A DNA stretch of 64,000 nt, taken from positions 65,350,001-65,414,000 of the forward strand of contig NW_024704742.1 in NCBI RefSeq assembly GCF_018977255.1. Direction: 5' to 3'. Below, piece after piece: positions 51,309-64,000 of the stretch. Position numbers and translations under genes: made by a program. The notes under the pieces are model-generated. The model worked only from the letters and a program-made list of their open reading frames with translations. It was not told where the DNA came from and searched no databases. Each line of letters begins with the position of its first letter. Position 1 is the stretch's first letter. This DNA comes from Callorhinchus milii. Taxonomy: Eukaryota.

Positions 51309-54164
51309 GTGAGTGTCGGGCAACGGATGTCGTCAGCGACTCAGCAGTTTTAAAAGATTGGTTTTGTGGTTCATCCACCATGACACACTGCACCACAAAA
51401 CTGCCACCATGCCGTCATCTCGTCATAGCATAGGGATCACTGACCTTTGGATGAGTTCTTTACTGTTTAACTTTGCAATCCACAACTGCAGTTGTTATCT
51501 GCAGCCCCACAAATCCATTGGGATACACTTAGGCTGGTGGGTCCACGCACTTGATATTTGTCCTCGGTCACCTTTCATATAGGTGTAACACTGTGAAGAT
51601 CCCTTGTTCTGCTGGTGAAGGAAACCTACAGCACACACTCGCTTTGGGTCCTTCAACCTTGCATTCTTTGGGTCCTTCAACCCTTGAGAATTTTGATCCT
51701 TTCAGGTTTTAATTTTTTTTTCTTCTCTCGCCTCCTCCCTTTAATTTTTCTCCGTTTCTTATTTGTCCCTTACTCTCCTCAAAGCCCTGAAACATGCTTG
51801 AGTTTTCAGTGACACCGAGTGACATACTATTGCCTCGCCCTAATGTTAGCTTTATGTGTGAGCTTCAATACTGGGCATTAACTGGCTTTTTGACCAAAGC
51901 TGGATATCTCTTTCTTCCCCAGGCCAGGTTTACGCATGCCAGTTTTGGGGCGCTCACTCCTGCCCCAGCTGTGATCAACGAATTGAGCCCAGATCTGAGC
52001 TTGAATCTAGGAGCCTGCAAAGTTCAGGTTCATATACCATTGTGACCTTTCCAAAGCTGAGCCAATTGGAAAGAGTTTTTAATATGTGTTTATACAAGTT
52101 TGCAAAGTCATTTTCCCCACAACTATAGAATTGTCAGCCTGGCTCCATTAGTGACTCCTTGAGGAAGAAGGTCCATGTCCCACGTCAGGACTTCGAGCTT
52201 GTAGTCTTCTCTAGGCTAATTCTCCAGTTTAGTACCAGAGGAATGCTGAATTGTCAGAGGTGCCTTCCTTTGGATGACGAGGTGTTAAATTGAGGCCCTG
52301 TCTACCTATTTAGCTAGACATTGAAAGATACAATGGTATTCAAAAAGAGAAGAGTTTCTCCGGGTGTCGGGTCAGCCTACAAATATACAATCACTTGACA
52401 CAAAACTCCATGAAACGCTTTAAGATATTCTGATCTGACAAGGTGTGGAATCAAATGCAAAAATTATTTGCGAGCTGGAAGGACAATGTCCATAATGACC
52501 TGTGGGGAACCGAGCACATGTGGCTTGATATTATACAGCAAGTGCAGGGGCATTTGAATGTGTCACAACACACATTGGTGTCTTCGTTAATGAGCGTTGT
52601 GTTTTACTCGAGACAATTGTTCTCTTTCTCGATTTCCCGGGCAGTTGCTCTGATGATTCGAGGGTCAAGTTCACTGAGCTGCTGTTTAGTCCTGGACAAA
52701 ACTATTGGCTGTAATTTAGTTAATTTCGGATGCTCTCATCTCACTTCAATGTTCACAGAAAGTGTTAAGCCTCAGGGTTTTTTTACCTAAGCTATGAAGG
52801 AATATTTGTAAGGATATTTGTACCTGTAGCTGCAAAATTTCTTTCCCATTCCCCCCTTGATCAGAAAGTTGTGGGCTTAAGCCTCATGTCAGGACTTGGA
52901 ATCGCAAAGTCTAAGCTGCCACTCCAGTGGAGTGTTGAGGGGCGTTGCATTTTTGGAGGTGCCGTCCTTCGGATGAAACATTAAGTCAAGATCCCATCTA
53001 CCTGTTCAGGTGTATGTTAAAGATCCCATTTCTACTATTCTAGGTGGCTGAAAGAAATCAGTCGTAAGTTAAGGAGATTGGTTTTGAAGGCAGGGAAGAT
53101 GGGGGTAAGGCGGAGGGACTCTGGGATGAATTCTAGAGAACAGGTATATTCACTGGAGACTGTGGCGCATTGCGATGGTCAAAAATCCTTTGTGATCAAA
53201 AGATGTCCTGGTTCAAGTTGAATGGCAGCTCTGTGACATGTTGCCCAGCCTCAAGATTGAGACAATTGAAGAGCATTGTTGTAATTTCTGATATCCTCCT
53301 CGTCCACAAACTATATACAACGACAACAACAAGATTGCATTTATAGAGCGCTTTTCATGTCGGGAGGACGTCCCAAGGCGCTGATAGTCACTACACTTTA
53401 CAGTATATCCTGTGAAACGCTTTGAGACATCTCGAAGACGTGATCAGGCACTATATCAAATGCAAGGATTATTATTAACACTCGCGAATTAGGTCTCCCC
53501 TCTGGTGAGAGAGTGCACATTCCATTCTAGACACCGGAGAATGCGTGTGTGTGGGTGACATGACCGGAGCTCTTAGTCTAGTTGGGTTACTCTTAAAACA
53601 TGGGAATGGCTTCCTGCATGTGTTAACCACAGCAACTTGCATTTATGTAGCGTCCTTCACGTAGGATGGTGCTTTAAGTGTAGGGTAGACACCCAGCTGT
53701 CTCCTAAAAAAGGTGAATGGGTTTCAGGGTAGCATTGGCAGTAGTGGTCATACTACTGAGGCTGAGGAACCTCTCCCCCCATGTGCACATGCACTCACAC
53801 ATACACACTTTTAATGTTAACTCTCATTAACTAAAATCAGATGCAAAAAGAAAAGTTGATGCAGTAAGTATAAAGATGATTTTTTTTGCCAGCAGTAACT
53901 TATTTTGGAAGGGTTCAATTTTCGGGTGGGGCGAAACCTGAGGCAAGTTTCCTTCCTCCAGACGCGTCTGTTTACCAAGCAGTAAGTAGAAACCCAGTTG
54001 TTAATCGATTGGTGGATTGCTTTATGGAGGTAATTCTTCCCCCAAGAAAAAATGTTTTGGTCACCATTGCTGTACGTAATTGGTTGCCGTATTTCGCCCA
54101 CAAAATCCAGTCAGTCCACTTTATAATGTATTCTATGAAACGCTTTGAGACAGCTGAACAATAT

Positions 54165-55146
54165 AACAACACAACTTGCGCTTATGTAGCGCCCTCCATG
54201 CAGCGTAGCATCTCTGAGTGCTTAACAATGGTGGAGCCTGACTCGGAGCCGGGGGGCGTGGGAGGTAACCGTAAGCACGGTCGAAAAGGAAGGTTTTAAG
54301 GTGGGACTTGGAAAAGGGGGGGGAGGGGTTTGCAAAGCGGAGGGATTGAGGGAGAGTGTTCCAAAGTTTCGGGGCGTAGTGGCTGAAAGCGTGACCTCCA
54401 GTGGTGGAGCAGAGGGTGCAAGGGATGAGCAGGAGGCCGGTGCTAGTTGAGTGGAGGTGCCGGGTGTGGATTGGGGAGTGAGGAGGTTGGAGAGGTAGGG
54501 CGGTGCCAGAGAATGAAGGGATTTGAACATGAGTGTGAGGATCTCGGAAGTCAATCTGTTCAGTGATGTGGAGCCATTGGAGCCTGGCCAGAACTGGTGA
54601 GATGGGGGTACGGAGTTTGGTCCAAGTCGTTATGTGGGCAGCAGAGTTCTAAATGAGCTGCATTTTTTTAAATAGTGAAGCTGGGGAGACCGGTGAGGAA
54701 TGTGTTCGAGTGATCCAGGAGGGAGGTGACAAACGCATGCATAAAGCTTTCAGCTGCATTTGGGGTAAGGTTACAGGCGAAGGTGGAGGAAGGCCGAACT
54801 GGTCAGGGACCGGATGTGGGGGAGGAAGGACAGCTGGGGATCGAACCAGAGGCCTAGATTGCTCACTGGTTTGGTGAGTCTGAGGGAGAGTCCAGGGGGG
54901 TTGAGGAGTTAGATATGCAGACATGAAGATGTTGATGGGAGCCAAAGAGTATGGCTTCCGTCTTGTTCACATTCAACTGTAGGACGTTTGCACTCATCCA
55001 GGCCCTGATGTCTGCCAGACACGCTGATCGAACATCAGTGGACCTGGAATTGATACTGGAGGAGGCAAAGTAGATTTGTGTGTCATCCGCATACATGTGG
55101 AAGTTTACCCCGTTTCTGCGGATGACATCACCCAGAGGAAGCATGT
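54165..55146 (-). mobile_element. L2-clade LINE, 5'-truncated, decayed RT and 3' end
   Basis: [25 protein letters not shown]...[14 protein letters not shown] (RT YADD motif), ILTLMFKSLHSLAPPYLSNLL C-terminal segment, frameshifts, tail gcaagttgtgttgtt. Confidence 0.92.
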
Positions 55147-56644
55147 AGGCACTATTATCAAATTAAGGATTATTATTACCAGAATAGGCATGATGGCTTG
55201 AGTTGGTAAGAGTAAAAAGGGTAATTTAATAAAATAAAGGGAGCAGTGGCAGAGATATGATGGGTTGAGTAATCTCTTGAGCTAAAAATGTGTTTATTTG
55301 TCCCTACGCTTCACACTTTTCCAATCACTTTTGTATCCTTTCTATAATCAGGTTCTCCCAATTGTGGGATTTTGTGTTGGTTTGTAATTGAAACCACATT
55401 AACAATTTGGAAAGAATTTATAACTGTGTTTATGGAAGGGTAATGTATTTTTGTGAAATGTTGTAATCTTTCCCTCTCCCCCCACCCCCTCCAATACTTA
55501 TCCCTCGTCTCCTGGGTTCTTGCTCTGCTCTGGTGATCTGAGGTGAGAGCACTGCATAGTACTGATAAACCTGCATACTCATATGCCATTGCAGGCTCAT
55601 ATGCCTGTTGCAGGGTTATGTCTTGCCTTTGCAAATTCAAATGGGGAGTTTCAGCAAGTGCAACCTGAAGACGAAACAGGTGTAATATTGGGTGATGGGG
55701 AGAGAGCTCTTAGTGAAGAACTGACAAATCCTTTATAATGGCTTTTCAAGGTGAAATGTCTCAGAACAATTCACAGGTAATTCACCTACAAATACAGAGT
55801 CATGACACTCTACAGAAATGTTACAGGGTTAACTCGAGCTGAGTAAGAGGAATCCCTGCCCCAAGTTACCTGCTGTTGAGCCGGGCTGTCTTGCTGGTCT
55901 GTAATCAGCAGTGGGACTTGTATTAAACTAAATAGCTCCAATGGAGGTGCTTTCACCAGAACAGACTTGATGGGTTGAATGGCCTTATGTGCTCTAAATG
56001 TTCTATGACTCCAGTATGTTCAAACGGGAATAGACATACGGGCATTATTATTATTATTTATTATCCCACAATGTGTTCAAGAGCCCTGAATGACCTGCGA
56101 GCATAAAATGGCTTCAGGCTGACTCCGCTCAACGAGTGCAGTTGAGTACATTTTTGAAGACGGGGAGGATATCAGTGAGAGTGTTGTGTTTTGATCTCCA
56201 GCATTTGAAAAGCCTTTGTTAAGGAACAATTTTTAACTTGAGGCCATTGTCGCCCTCTACCCCAACTTCTGGAAATCCTTGCTTCCAACAACAACTGGCT
56301 TTTACATAGTGCCTTTCAGATTGGGAGGTTGTCCCAAGAGAGAGAAACAGCAGTAAACTTGTTTTTGTACGAGAACGCAGTAAAGCCATTTTGCACATAA
56401 TCCTATTCTGTGACCTCCAATGAAATCAATGAAAGTTTAAATCAACTTAATCCAATTAATTTGGAAGATTGTTGGACGGCATCTCCCTTCCCTTTTCATG
56501 AGATCATTTAACGTCCAGCTGAGGACAAAAGCAGACGAGTCCCTGGTTCAACATCTAACCTGAAGGACCTCACTTCTTGACACTGCAGTGGGTTCTCTAG
56601 TACTGTACTGGCACGTCAGAGGGAAAAAGAGAGAGACTGAATGA

Positions 56645-56822
56645 GGCAGAGAGAGTTTGAGTCAATGTTTCGGGTCCACAGCCCTTCGTTCAGTTCTGAC
56701 GAAGGGTCGTGGCCCCCAAATGTTGACTCACTTTCCTTTCTCCATAGATGCTACCTGACCTGATGAGTGTTCCCAGCGACTTCTGTTTTCATTTCAGATT
56801 TCCAGCATCTGAGGTATTTTGA
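56645..56822 (+). mobile_element. Penelope-like terminal fragment with inverted partial duplication
   Basis: 56658-56693 is an imperfect inverted copy of 56694-56730; downstream part is the reverse complement of 21936-22030. Confidence 0.7.
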
Positions 56823-57039
56823 GTTTAGAGAGAGTTTGAAACTGTTTTGAGACAGAGAGAAATTAGAGAGCAATTTTATCCTGATAGTCTTAGAAAGGGG
56901 ATTTTTTCTCAGTGTTTTGGCCAGTGATTCGGCAGATACAGTTTCATTCCCCTCATGGCTGTTTGTGGGACATTGCTGTGAGCAAATTGGTTGCCTGGAA
57001 ATCCGGAGTTGCTACACTCAAAGAAGAGCTTTGGATAGA

Positions 57040-57363
57040 GCAGTGGTTAGCGTGCTCACCTCGCAAGCGGGAGGACCTGGGTTTGATTACCGGGTGGAGC
57101 ATATTTACCCAGCCTCTATTTACCCAGCAGTAAGTAGGAACCCGTTTTTCAATCGATTGGCGAATCGCTTTCTGGGGGTAATCATCCCTCAAAATTTTTT
57201 TAAAAATAATAATAATTTGGTCACTCAATCCATGACTGGGATGTTGCTGTGTGCAATTGGCTGCTGCATTTCACCAACAGTAAATTCACTTTTCAGTATA
57301 TTCTGTGAAGTGCTTTGAGACGTCTCAATGGCATGATAAGGTGCTATATAAAAGGATTATTAT
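57040..57363 (+). mobile_element. tRNA-derived SINE, long variant, in MXD4 intron 3
   Basis: Head, long middle segment and tail; further partial copies at ~13710, 16150, 21215, 22317, 23690, 30590, 38805, 40495, 48635, 53925, 58890. Confidence 0.87.
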
Positions 57364-57413
57364 TGTCAAATTTCAAATCATTTGAATTGAGCTCTGGCGA
57401 GGGCCATCACTCA

Positions 57414-57663
57414 CATAAGAACATAAGAATTCGCTTGGCGAAAGAAGACCAAGGTCGATCTAGTTCGGGTTCCACCATCCTGGCAGTCACTTGACATGTG
57501 TCCCAAAATATCTACTGTATCTCGAGATATTTTCTAGCAGCAATCTCTAACTTAAATCTCTAACATAAATCCAAGTAGTTGTTGTAATTTGTTCTTGAAA
57601 CAAATCACATTTTCTGCTTCCACTGTCTCCCTAGGGAGCCTGTTCCATAAGTTTACTACTCAA
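57414..57663 (-). mobile_element. CR1-type 3' end
   Basis: cataagaacataagaa tail; reverse strand reads VVNLWNRLPRETVEAENVICFK. Confidence 0.85.
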
Positions 57664-60204
57664 GCGTAGTAGCTCTGTTACCGAAGCTCTCAGACTTTGC
57701 GGACTCTTGTGTCCCTGGCTCCTTGTTATCGATGCAGCAGAGGCCAGTGTCTGCAGCTGAGATCGAGTGTTTGTGAGCCCAGCTGCCATTGGGAAGCTGC
57801 AGATGCGTTTCTTCATTCGGCTGAAGTGAGGGGGTGGTTCTCACAATGATCGCTGCCACCTACGGACTTTTCATTGCAACAGGCATGGGCAGGAAATGGA
57901 AATGACCATACCAGTCCATCTGGCCTGACCACGTTTTCAATTACCGCCTCTCGCTGACTGCCCATTCCCTTTGCTGTCAGAAATTACCCAATTCTCAGTT
58001 CAACCTTCCCTGCACTGTCTGCCTCCATTTGTAAATGTTCACCATTTCATGTGCAAAATAGCTAAGTCTATTCATCCTTCTCTGTCGAGTTTCAGACAAT
58101 GGCTCCTTTTTTGCCAGTTGGGATGCCTTTAGGATATGAAAAACCCCAATATGATCAGCCCCTCGATTATCTCTTCTCTACTGTAAACATTTCTAGTTTC
58201 TATATTTTCTTGTAGCTCAGATGTCTGACACCATGTGATGATGGGATCCCACAAGTAGTTTAGCATCTGTTGGGTCCCTTGGGTCACTGTGTCGCCTTCC
58301 CATTGTAAAGCAGAGCCAAAAGATGTCAGTTGTCAGCGATTGGTGAATGAGTGCTATCACACAAGGCATCCTGGATTTTGGTTGGTCAGCCGGGTGTCTT
58401 CATGCTTAAGTGTATCCAAACCAAGCTACGATTTCCATGTATCCCACCTACACATGGAAATCCCAGAGATAGATTGTTGGAATGAAATGTGCAATCTCTC
58501 TCTGGAGGGACACATCCTGTTTAACTGATCTGGAAAGTATTAGGTTGAAGGGTGGCAAGAGCCAAGGTGGGGACCCCAGAGTGAGTTGACAGGAGCTTAG
58601 TGGGATGACTCCCTGTCCCCAGAGACTGGTTTGCCCTTCCAGTGCTGCCGATGAGCCAGGCTGGCTGTGCTGCTATCAGCAGTGCCCTGCAATTATCCTC
58701 TAATTTCCCCATCCTTCAGGTGAAACGTTAAACCCAGGGTGCCTGTTTATGTGGACTTTAAAGAAATCATGTCACTGTTTAAAAAGGTAAGGGAGTTTCT
58801 CTTGGTGTCCTGACCAACAATCCTTCAAATACAATTGGTTATTCACTTGTTGCTGCGTCCAAATTAGCTGCAACATTTGCCTATATAACAATAATAATAA
58901 TCCTTGCATTTGATATAGTGCCTTATCATATCGTTGGAACGTCTCAAAGCGCTTCACAGAATATACTGTAAAGTGAATTGACTGTATATTTTGTGGGTGA
59001 AACGCGGCAGCCAATTGTGTCCCACAAACAGCCTGTTGTGTCTTACAAAATGCACAATCCCTGAACTTTACTGTAGAGTTCCTGTAAAATGCATTCAGAC
59101 AACCTCCTGACATGTATGGCTCTATAGCAAATGCAAGGATTATTATTTAACAGTACCATTTGCATCTTCTAGAATAGGGGTCTAATGATCATTCCTGAGA
59201 TATCCTGTTTAAGAGCACTTAGAACAAGGTGCAGAATGGAATGCTATTAAGTAGAAAATTTGGGATTAGGATTTGAAACCTTAATGATTGGATTGTTTCA
59301 ATCAGGTGTTTTATTTGTCCACCCTCCCTCTTTTGTGTTTCAGATTTGTTCTTTCTTTCCCCATAAGATGCGTAACATGCCTTGACCTGCTTGGCTTGTA
59401 CCAGGTTTCATGTTGAGCATTGTGTTCTCTGGTTTTGCCCCTCCCAGATCACCAGCCTATTCAGCCTTTACTCAGTGCCACCACCCATTCATGTTTAACT
59501 TTGGAAGTATTTGGAAGAAACTAGCAACGTGATCTCATTGATTGCTGAATGGAATTGACTGGAAATGACCCCCATGGTATGTGTTTCAGCTCGACTTAGT
59601 AGGAGCACACTCATCTCTGAATCAGAAGGTTGGGGTTAAAATCCCATGACAGAACTTGAACTCGCAGTCTAGGCTGATACTTCAATCCAGCTCCCTTCTA
59701 CCTGTTCAGGTAGACCTTTATAAGTTCCTGAGTCATTATTTGAAAAGAGCTTTCCTGGTGTCCTGGCCAACAAACCCCCCAAATACAGTTGGTCGTCCAT
59801 TTCATGGCTGTTTGTGGGACATTGCTATGTACGAATGTATTGACGTGCTTGCGTACAAATACACAGTCACTTCATTTCACATTAAATCCTGTAAAGCGCT
59901 TTGAGACGTCATTTTGACATGATAAAGCGCGATACCAAATACATTGATTATTATCACATTTAATGACTAGTAAGCATTTATTGCTTAACCCCATGCATTT
60001 ACTGGGCACCTAGCAAACCATTACAGGGTGGCTACAGTGGAATCCAATCATAGGAACGGGTGGAGAATTGATTGCCACCAAACTGAACAGGATTTTGGTA
60101 GTTGGTAGCACTCTCGCCTCTGATTCGGAGCTCAAGGTTACAATTCAAAGTTGAAACACGAATTGAATTGTAATCTTGAGCTCACAATCTTAGGCTACAC
60201 TGTT

Positions 60205-60524
60205 GTGGAGTCCTGTAGCTCAGTGGTTAGAGCACTCGCTTTGCAATCGAGAGACCTGAGTTCAATTCCAGGCAGAGGGCGAAACCTTGGGCAAGTTTCC
60301 TTACTCCACACAGAGCCTAATAATAATCCCTCCAAAACCAAAAACAATAATAAATTGGTCATTTTCAATCCATGACTGTTTGTGGGACATTGCTGTGCGC
60401 AATTGGCTGCCGCGTTCGCCCACAAATATACAGTCAATTCACTTCACAGTATATTCTGTGAAGCGCTTTGGGACGTCTAGAAGATGTGAAAAGCGCTTTA
60501 TCAAATGCAAGGATTATTATTATT
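60205..60524 (+). mobile_element. Young tRNA-derived SINE, short variant, full length
   Basis: Near-identical to the 40671 copy. Confidence 0.95.
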
Positions 60525-62039
60525 AGTGTTAAGGGCTTTGAGACACTACCCTATGCGAAGGGCCTTATATAATAATAATCTTTACATTTGATATAGCATC
60601 TTATCGTTGAGACATCTGGAAGCGTTTCACAGGATATACTGTAAAGTGTATTTGTGGGTTAAACACAACAGCCAGTTTTGCACAGCACAAACAGCCATGG
60701 AGTGAATGACCAATTATTTTATTTGGGGGATTGTGGCCAGGACACCAGGAGAAACTCTCTTTTCTTTTCCAATAAATATAAATGCAGGTGGTTGTCGTGC
60801 AGTGCATTGCACTGCTGAGGGAGTGCTGCAATGTTAGCGGTGCCATCCTTTAGATGATTTTTCTGGTGGATGTTCAAAGATCCTGTGACCCTATTCAAAG
60901 AGGAGATAGTTTCTTCCAGTGTCATGGCCAACAACCCTTGCATTTGCATTCATGTTGTCGAGCCATTTCAAAGTGCTTAATCTTTCAATCGTATATCGCT
61001 CAACCGTATATCCCTCCGCAATCCCCAGCACTTCTTATTATGGCATAAAATGGTTACAGTTCATCTTAGCAGTTGAGTGAACTGCAAAGCAAAACATGGC
61101 TTCCACGAATCCGGAGGAGGCCTTAACAGCACGACGAGGGGGGAAGGGAGATGGTACCACAGTGAAAACGATAGTGTGCTCGCATGTTGTGATGGCTTCC
61201 ACTGCACAGAGCAAACCTCAGGCACCTGGTGACATTTGGTGTGAAATCAGATAAGATAACTAGCACTTCGGTCAGAGCGTGGGATTGGGCGCTGCACACC
61301 AGAATGCTGCTGAGGCTTTCTTTTATCCTCCAGACTTGAGCGAGTGAGCTTTCAGCTTCAGTGCCAGACTCGGGGGTGGCTTTCTTTTTTTTTTAAAAAT
61401 GTAAATAAAAAAAATCACTTGTACCAAAACGAACTTTCAAATGTGTCACCATTGGTGCGCAAGAGGAAACTCAAGTAACTTTGGCTGCTTGACAAAAGTT
61501 TGCAAGGCTGGTGGGGGGGATGGGCGGGTGGCGAGTGTGGGGAAGGTAGGGAGAGAAAGGGGAAGAGCACAGAACATGTTGTTTAATGGCAGAGCTGAGT
61601 GTTGGGCATCCTGAAGGCAATTGAAACAAAAGAGCTTGTTTTTCTGACTGAATGGAATGAGCAATCCACGCAGTCTGGTCTGAAAGTTCACCGTGCAGTT
61701 TGTGGTTTTCAGAAGTAATGCCGGCTCAGTTAATGCCTGTCTTGCAGTTTTTGTTTAGGTCTTGATAGTTTTCGCTGTTCAAGTCCACGCAGTTCACTGG
61801 CTCAGGTGGGCAGCCGAGCGAGCCTGCTTGTCAGGCTTACTCAGAAGGTCTTTGTTTTTCAGATCCTTGTCAGATTAAACCTTTGGGCCACTTTCACAAA
61901 AGGTTCCCCAAACCTTGGCTCTTGCAAACCTGTGTTTAATACAGTCTGGAATTAGGTAGGCAGGCCATGTCCCTCCAGGGAGAGAGAGTTTAGTGTATTT
62001 TTCTTATTAATGGAGTAAAGTACAGGACCATAAAACATA

Positions 62040-62264
62040 TTGAGTAGTAAACATAGGGAACAGGCTCCCTAAGGAGACAGTGGAAGCAGAAAATGTTGTT
62101 TGTTTCAAGAACAACTTAGATAGATTTCTGCCAGAAAATAATATCTCGGGATACAGTATATAGTTTGGGACACGACATGTCAAGTGACTGCCAGTGGAAG
62201 TGATGGTGGAAGACGAACTAGATTGTTCTTGGTCTTCTTTCGCCTAGCAAATTCTTATGATCCT
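62040..62264 (+). mobile_element. CR1-type 3' end, same subfamily as 57414
   Basis: aacaggctccctaaggagacagtggaagcagaaaatg...ttcttatgatccta; aligns to the reverse complement of 57414-57663. Confidence 0.85.
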
Positions 62265-64000
62265 AATTGTGATCTGTGTGTGTGTGCGCACGCGCTTGTA
62301 TATATCTGTGTGTGTGTGTGTGTATGAGGGCAACTTTGTGTGCATATGTTTTGCCTACAAAATAGAAAGTTGCAAAACAAAATCAGTAAATCACTGTGAA
62401 TCCTGTGAAACGTTTTAAAAGGTCTTGCGATAAGGGGCAATACCAAAGGGTTATTGTAACTATTATGTGTGTATGTCTGCACGCTTTTTGTGTCTGCAAG
62501 TGTAAAATCAGGAGCAAACTAATCAGATGTTAAAATGCGAAACAAGGGCGTATATCTGTCTACTTGTGTGTGAGAGGAACAGCAAGGCTGGGGGGGAAAT
62601 ACAACCCCCCCTGTGAGCTATTTTGTTGTCAGTATTTCCAGATAACTTGCGTTGAGTTGTGACAAATCCTTTCTCCTCACAACATAAAAACACAGATGGG
62701 ACCAAAAGTTCTTTTCTACCCTCCGTTTCCATTCCCCCCCCACCAAAGAAGTACTCACCCCACCCACCCCAAGCCAGCGTATTGCTAATTAAATTGGGTC
62801 CTGAGTAAAGGAATGTATCTGGCTGTGCGTGTCATGTTAGGTCGTCTTGTTAACTTTTGGGTGTTTTTTGCACTAAACAGGCTGGGAGAAAGTCTGAGGT
62901 GAGGTCCTCTCACACAGCTGTTCCCAGGCCATCCATCCGCTGTAAAACATGGCTGTGATGATGGGTGGGGGTTGGGGGTGAGAGGCGCAACAAAGCACTG
63001 AGCCGAGCTCAGCAAAGGTACAAAGAGAATACTCTTCCTTCTATCCCTGCATAAGTAAAGCATTCTGGGATGCTACCCTGCGTGAGGGGTGCTATATAAG
63101 TGCAAGTTGTTGTTGTTTGTAGGATTCAAACAAGCCATGGTTCCTTGTTCTACCGATAACTTGCACTTACATAGCTCCTTCCACATAATAATAATTGTTG
63201 CATTTGATATAGCACTTTATTATGTAATTGAGACATCTCAAAGGGCTTCACAGAATTATTGTAGAGTGGATTGATTTGTGTATTTTGTTGGCAAAACACT
63301 GGAGCCAATTGTACTAGTTAATTAAACACCTCAAAACACGTTACTGAGGTGTAGCGGGAGCGTGAACAGGATGGGAGGTAGCAGGGGAAAGAGGGGGATG
63401 AGTGAAGGCAGAGATAAGAGGGACATTTTTAAAAAGGGTTTTGACAGCAGAGAGGTTTTTAGAGAGCAGAGGACAGGTGACTGAAGGCTTGGCTTGCCCA
63501 CTGCTTAACGTTGCAGGGGGCATGAAGCAGGCCAGCCACGTGTTTGGCAGAGCGGAGGGAATTGGGGCATGGGAGGGGGGAGGTGCTGGAGCTTGAAGCC
63601 ATTTGACAGTTTCTCTGATGGGAGGGGGGAAGGTTAATTGAGCCTGGATGAGCGAGGCTGGGTGGACGATGGGGGTGATGGGCTTGCGGAGTCTGGTATG
63701 GGAACAATTGTTCAGCACCTTGGGACGCCCTTCCGGCATGAAAGGCGCTTTATAAATGTAGTTTTGTTTTTATTGCATTGTGTGTTTTTTTCATGTACGC
63801 TTTTCCGCAATTCTATGTGGGTTATAAATACATTTAAATAAGTAAACAAACAAACCACCTCAAACTGAAAGGAGCCGAAAGAAGAAAGGAAAAGGGGTAG
63901 TTGCAGTTTGGCTGCTGCCCCTCTCGCTGTAAGAGTGGTCAGGTCAGTTTCTGTCTGCCTGTGCTGTGTGCCACCCAGAGCACTGACTCCACTGACTCCC

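Noticed and set aside
51643..51686. Short tandem duplications (also 13085-13112, 32788-32841, 16392/16592)
   Set aside because: Ordinary slippage-type duplications with no sign of function
57680..57780. ALRLC-like peptide resembling the Mxd helix 1
   Set aside because: No splice acceptor in phase and no downstream similarity
16150..60530. Many recurring 60-130 aa ORFs ([16 protein letters not shown]..., IIIILAFDIAPYH...)
   Set aside because: Translations of SINE copies, not a gene family or a CRISPR-like array
61208..61263. Possible MXD4 exon 4 (cag|A GCA AAC CTC AGG CAC CTG, reading RANLRHL)
   Set aside because: Lacks the second Arg and the LEQLK..VPLG helix, has a weak pyrimidine tract and hits a stop; the true exon 4 is probably beyond the window

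Overview
Vertebrate genomic DNA, inferred from its repeat content to be a cartilaginous fish (probably a holocephalan). Almost every ORF in the supplied track is spurious or repeat-derived; the real genes are split into short exons. The + strand carries the last three coding exons of ZFYVE28/Lst2 (FYVE domain, stop at 3441). After ~43 kb of 3'UTR and intergenic DNA come the CCAAT-rich CpG promoter and first three coding exons of an MXD4 (Mad4) orthologue; its exon 4 was not found in the window. The rest is a dense mosaic of a young tRNA-Ala-headed SINE (two length variants), older Deu-domain SINEs, L2 and CR1 LINE fragments, Penelope-like ends, MITE-like inverted repeats and short local duplications. 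I see no convincing new multi-gene system. The most notable items are hammerhead-ribozyme cores in the Penelope-like ends, a composite SINE architecture with nested insertions, an ancestral-looking Sin3-interaction domain in MXD4, an unclassified dispersed repeat and several unexplained inverted repeats. Repeat family names come from recalled consensus features, not database searches, and repeat boundaries are approximate.
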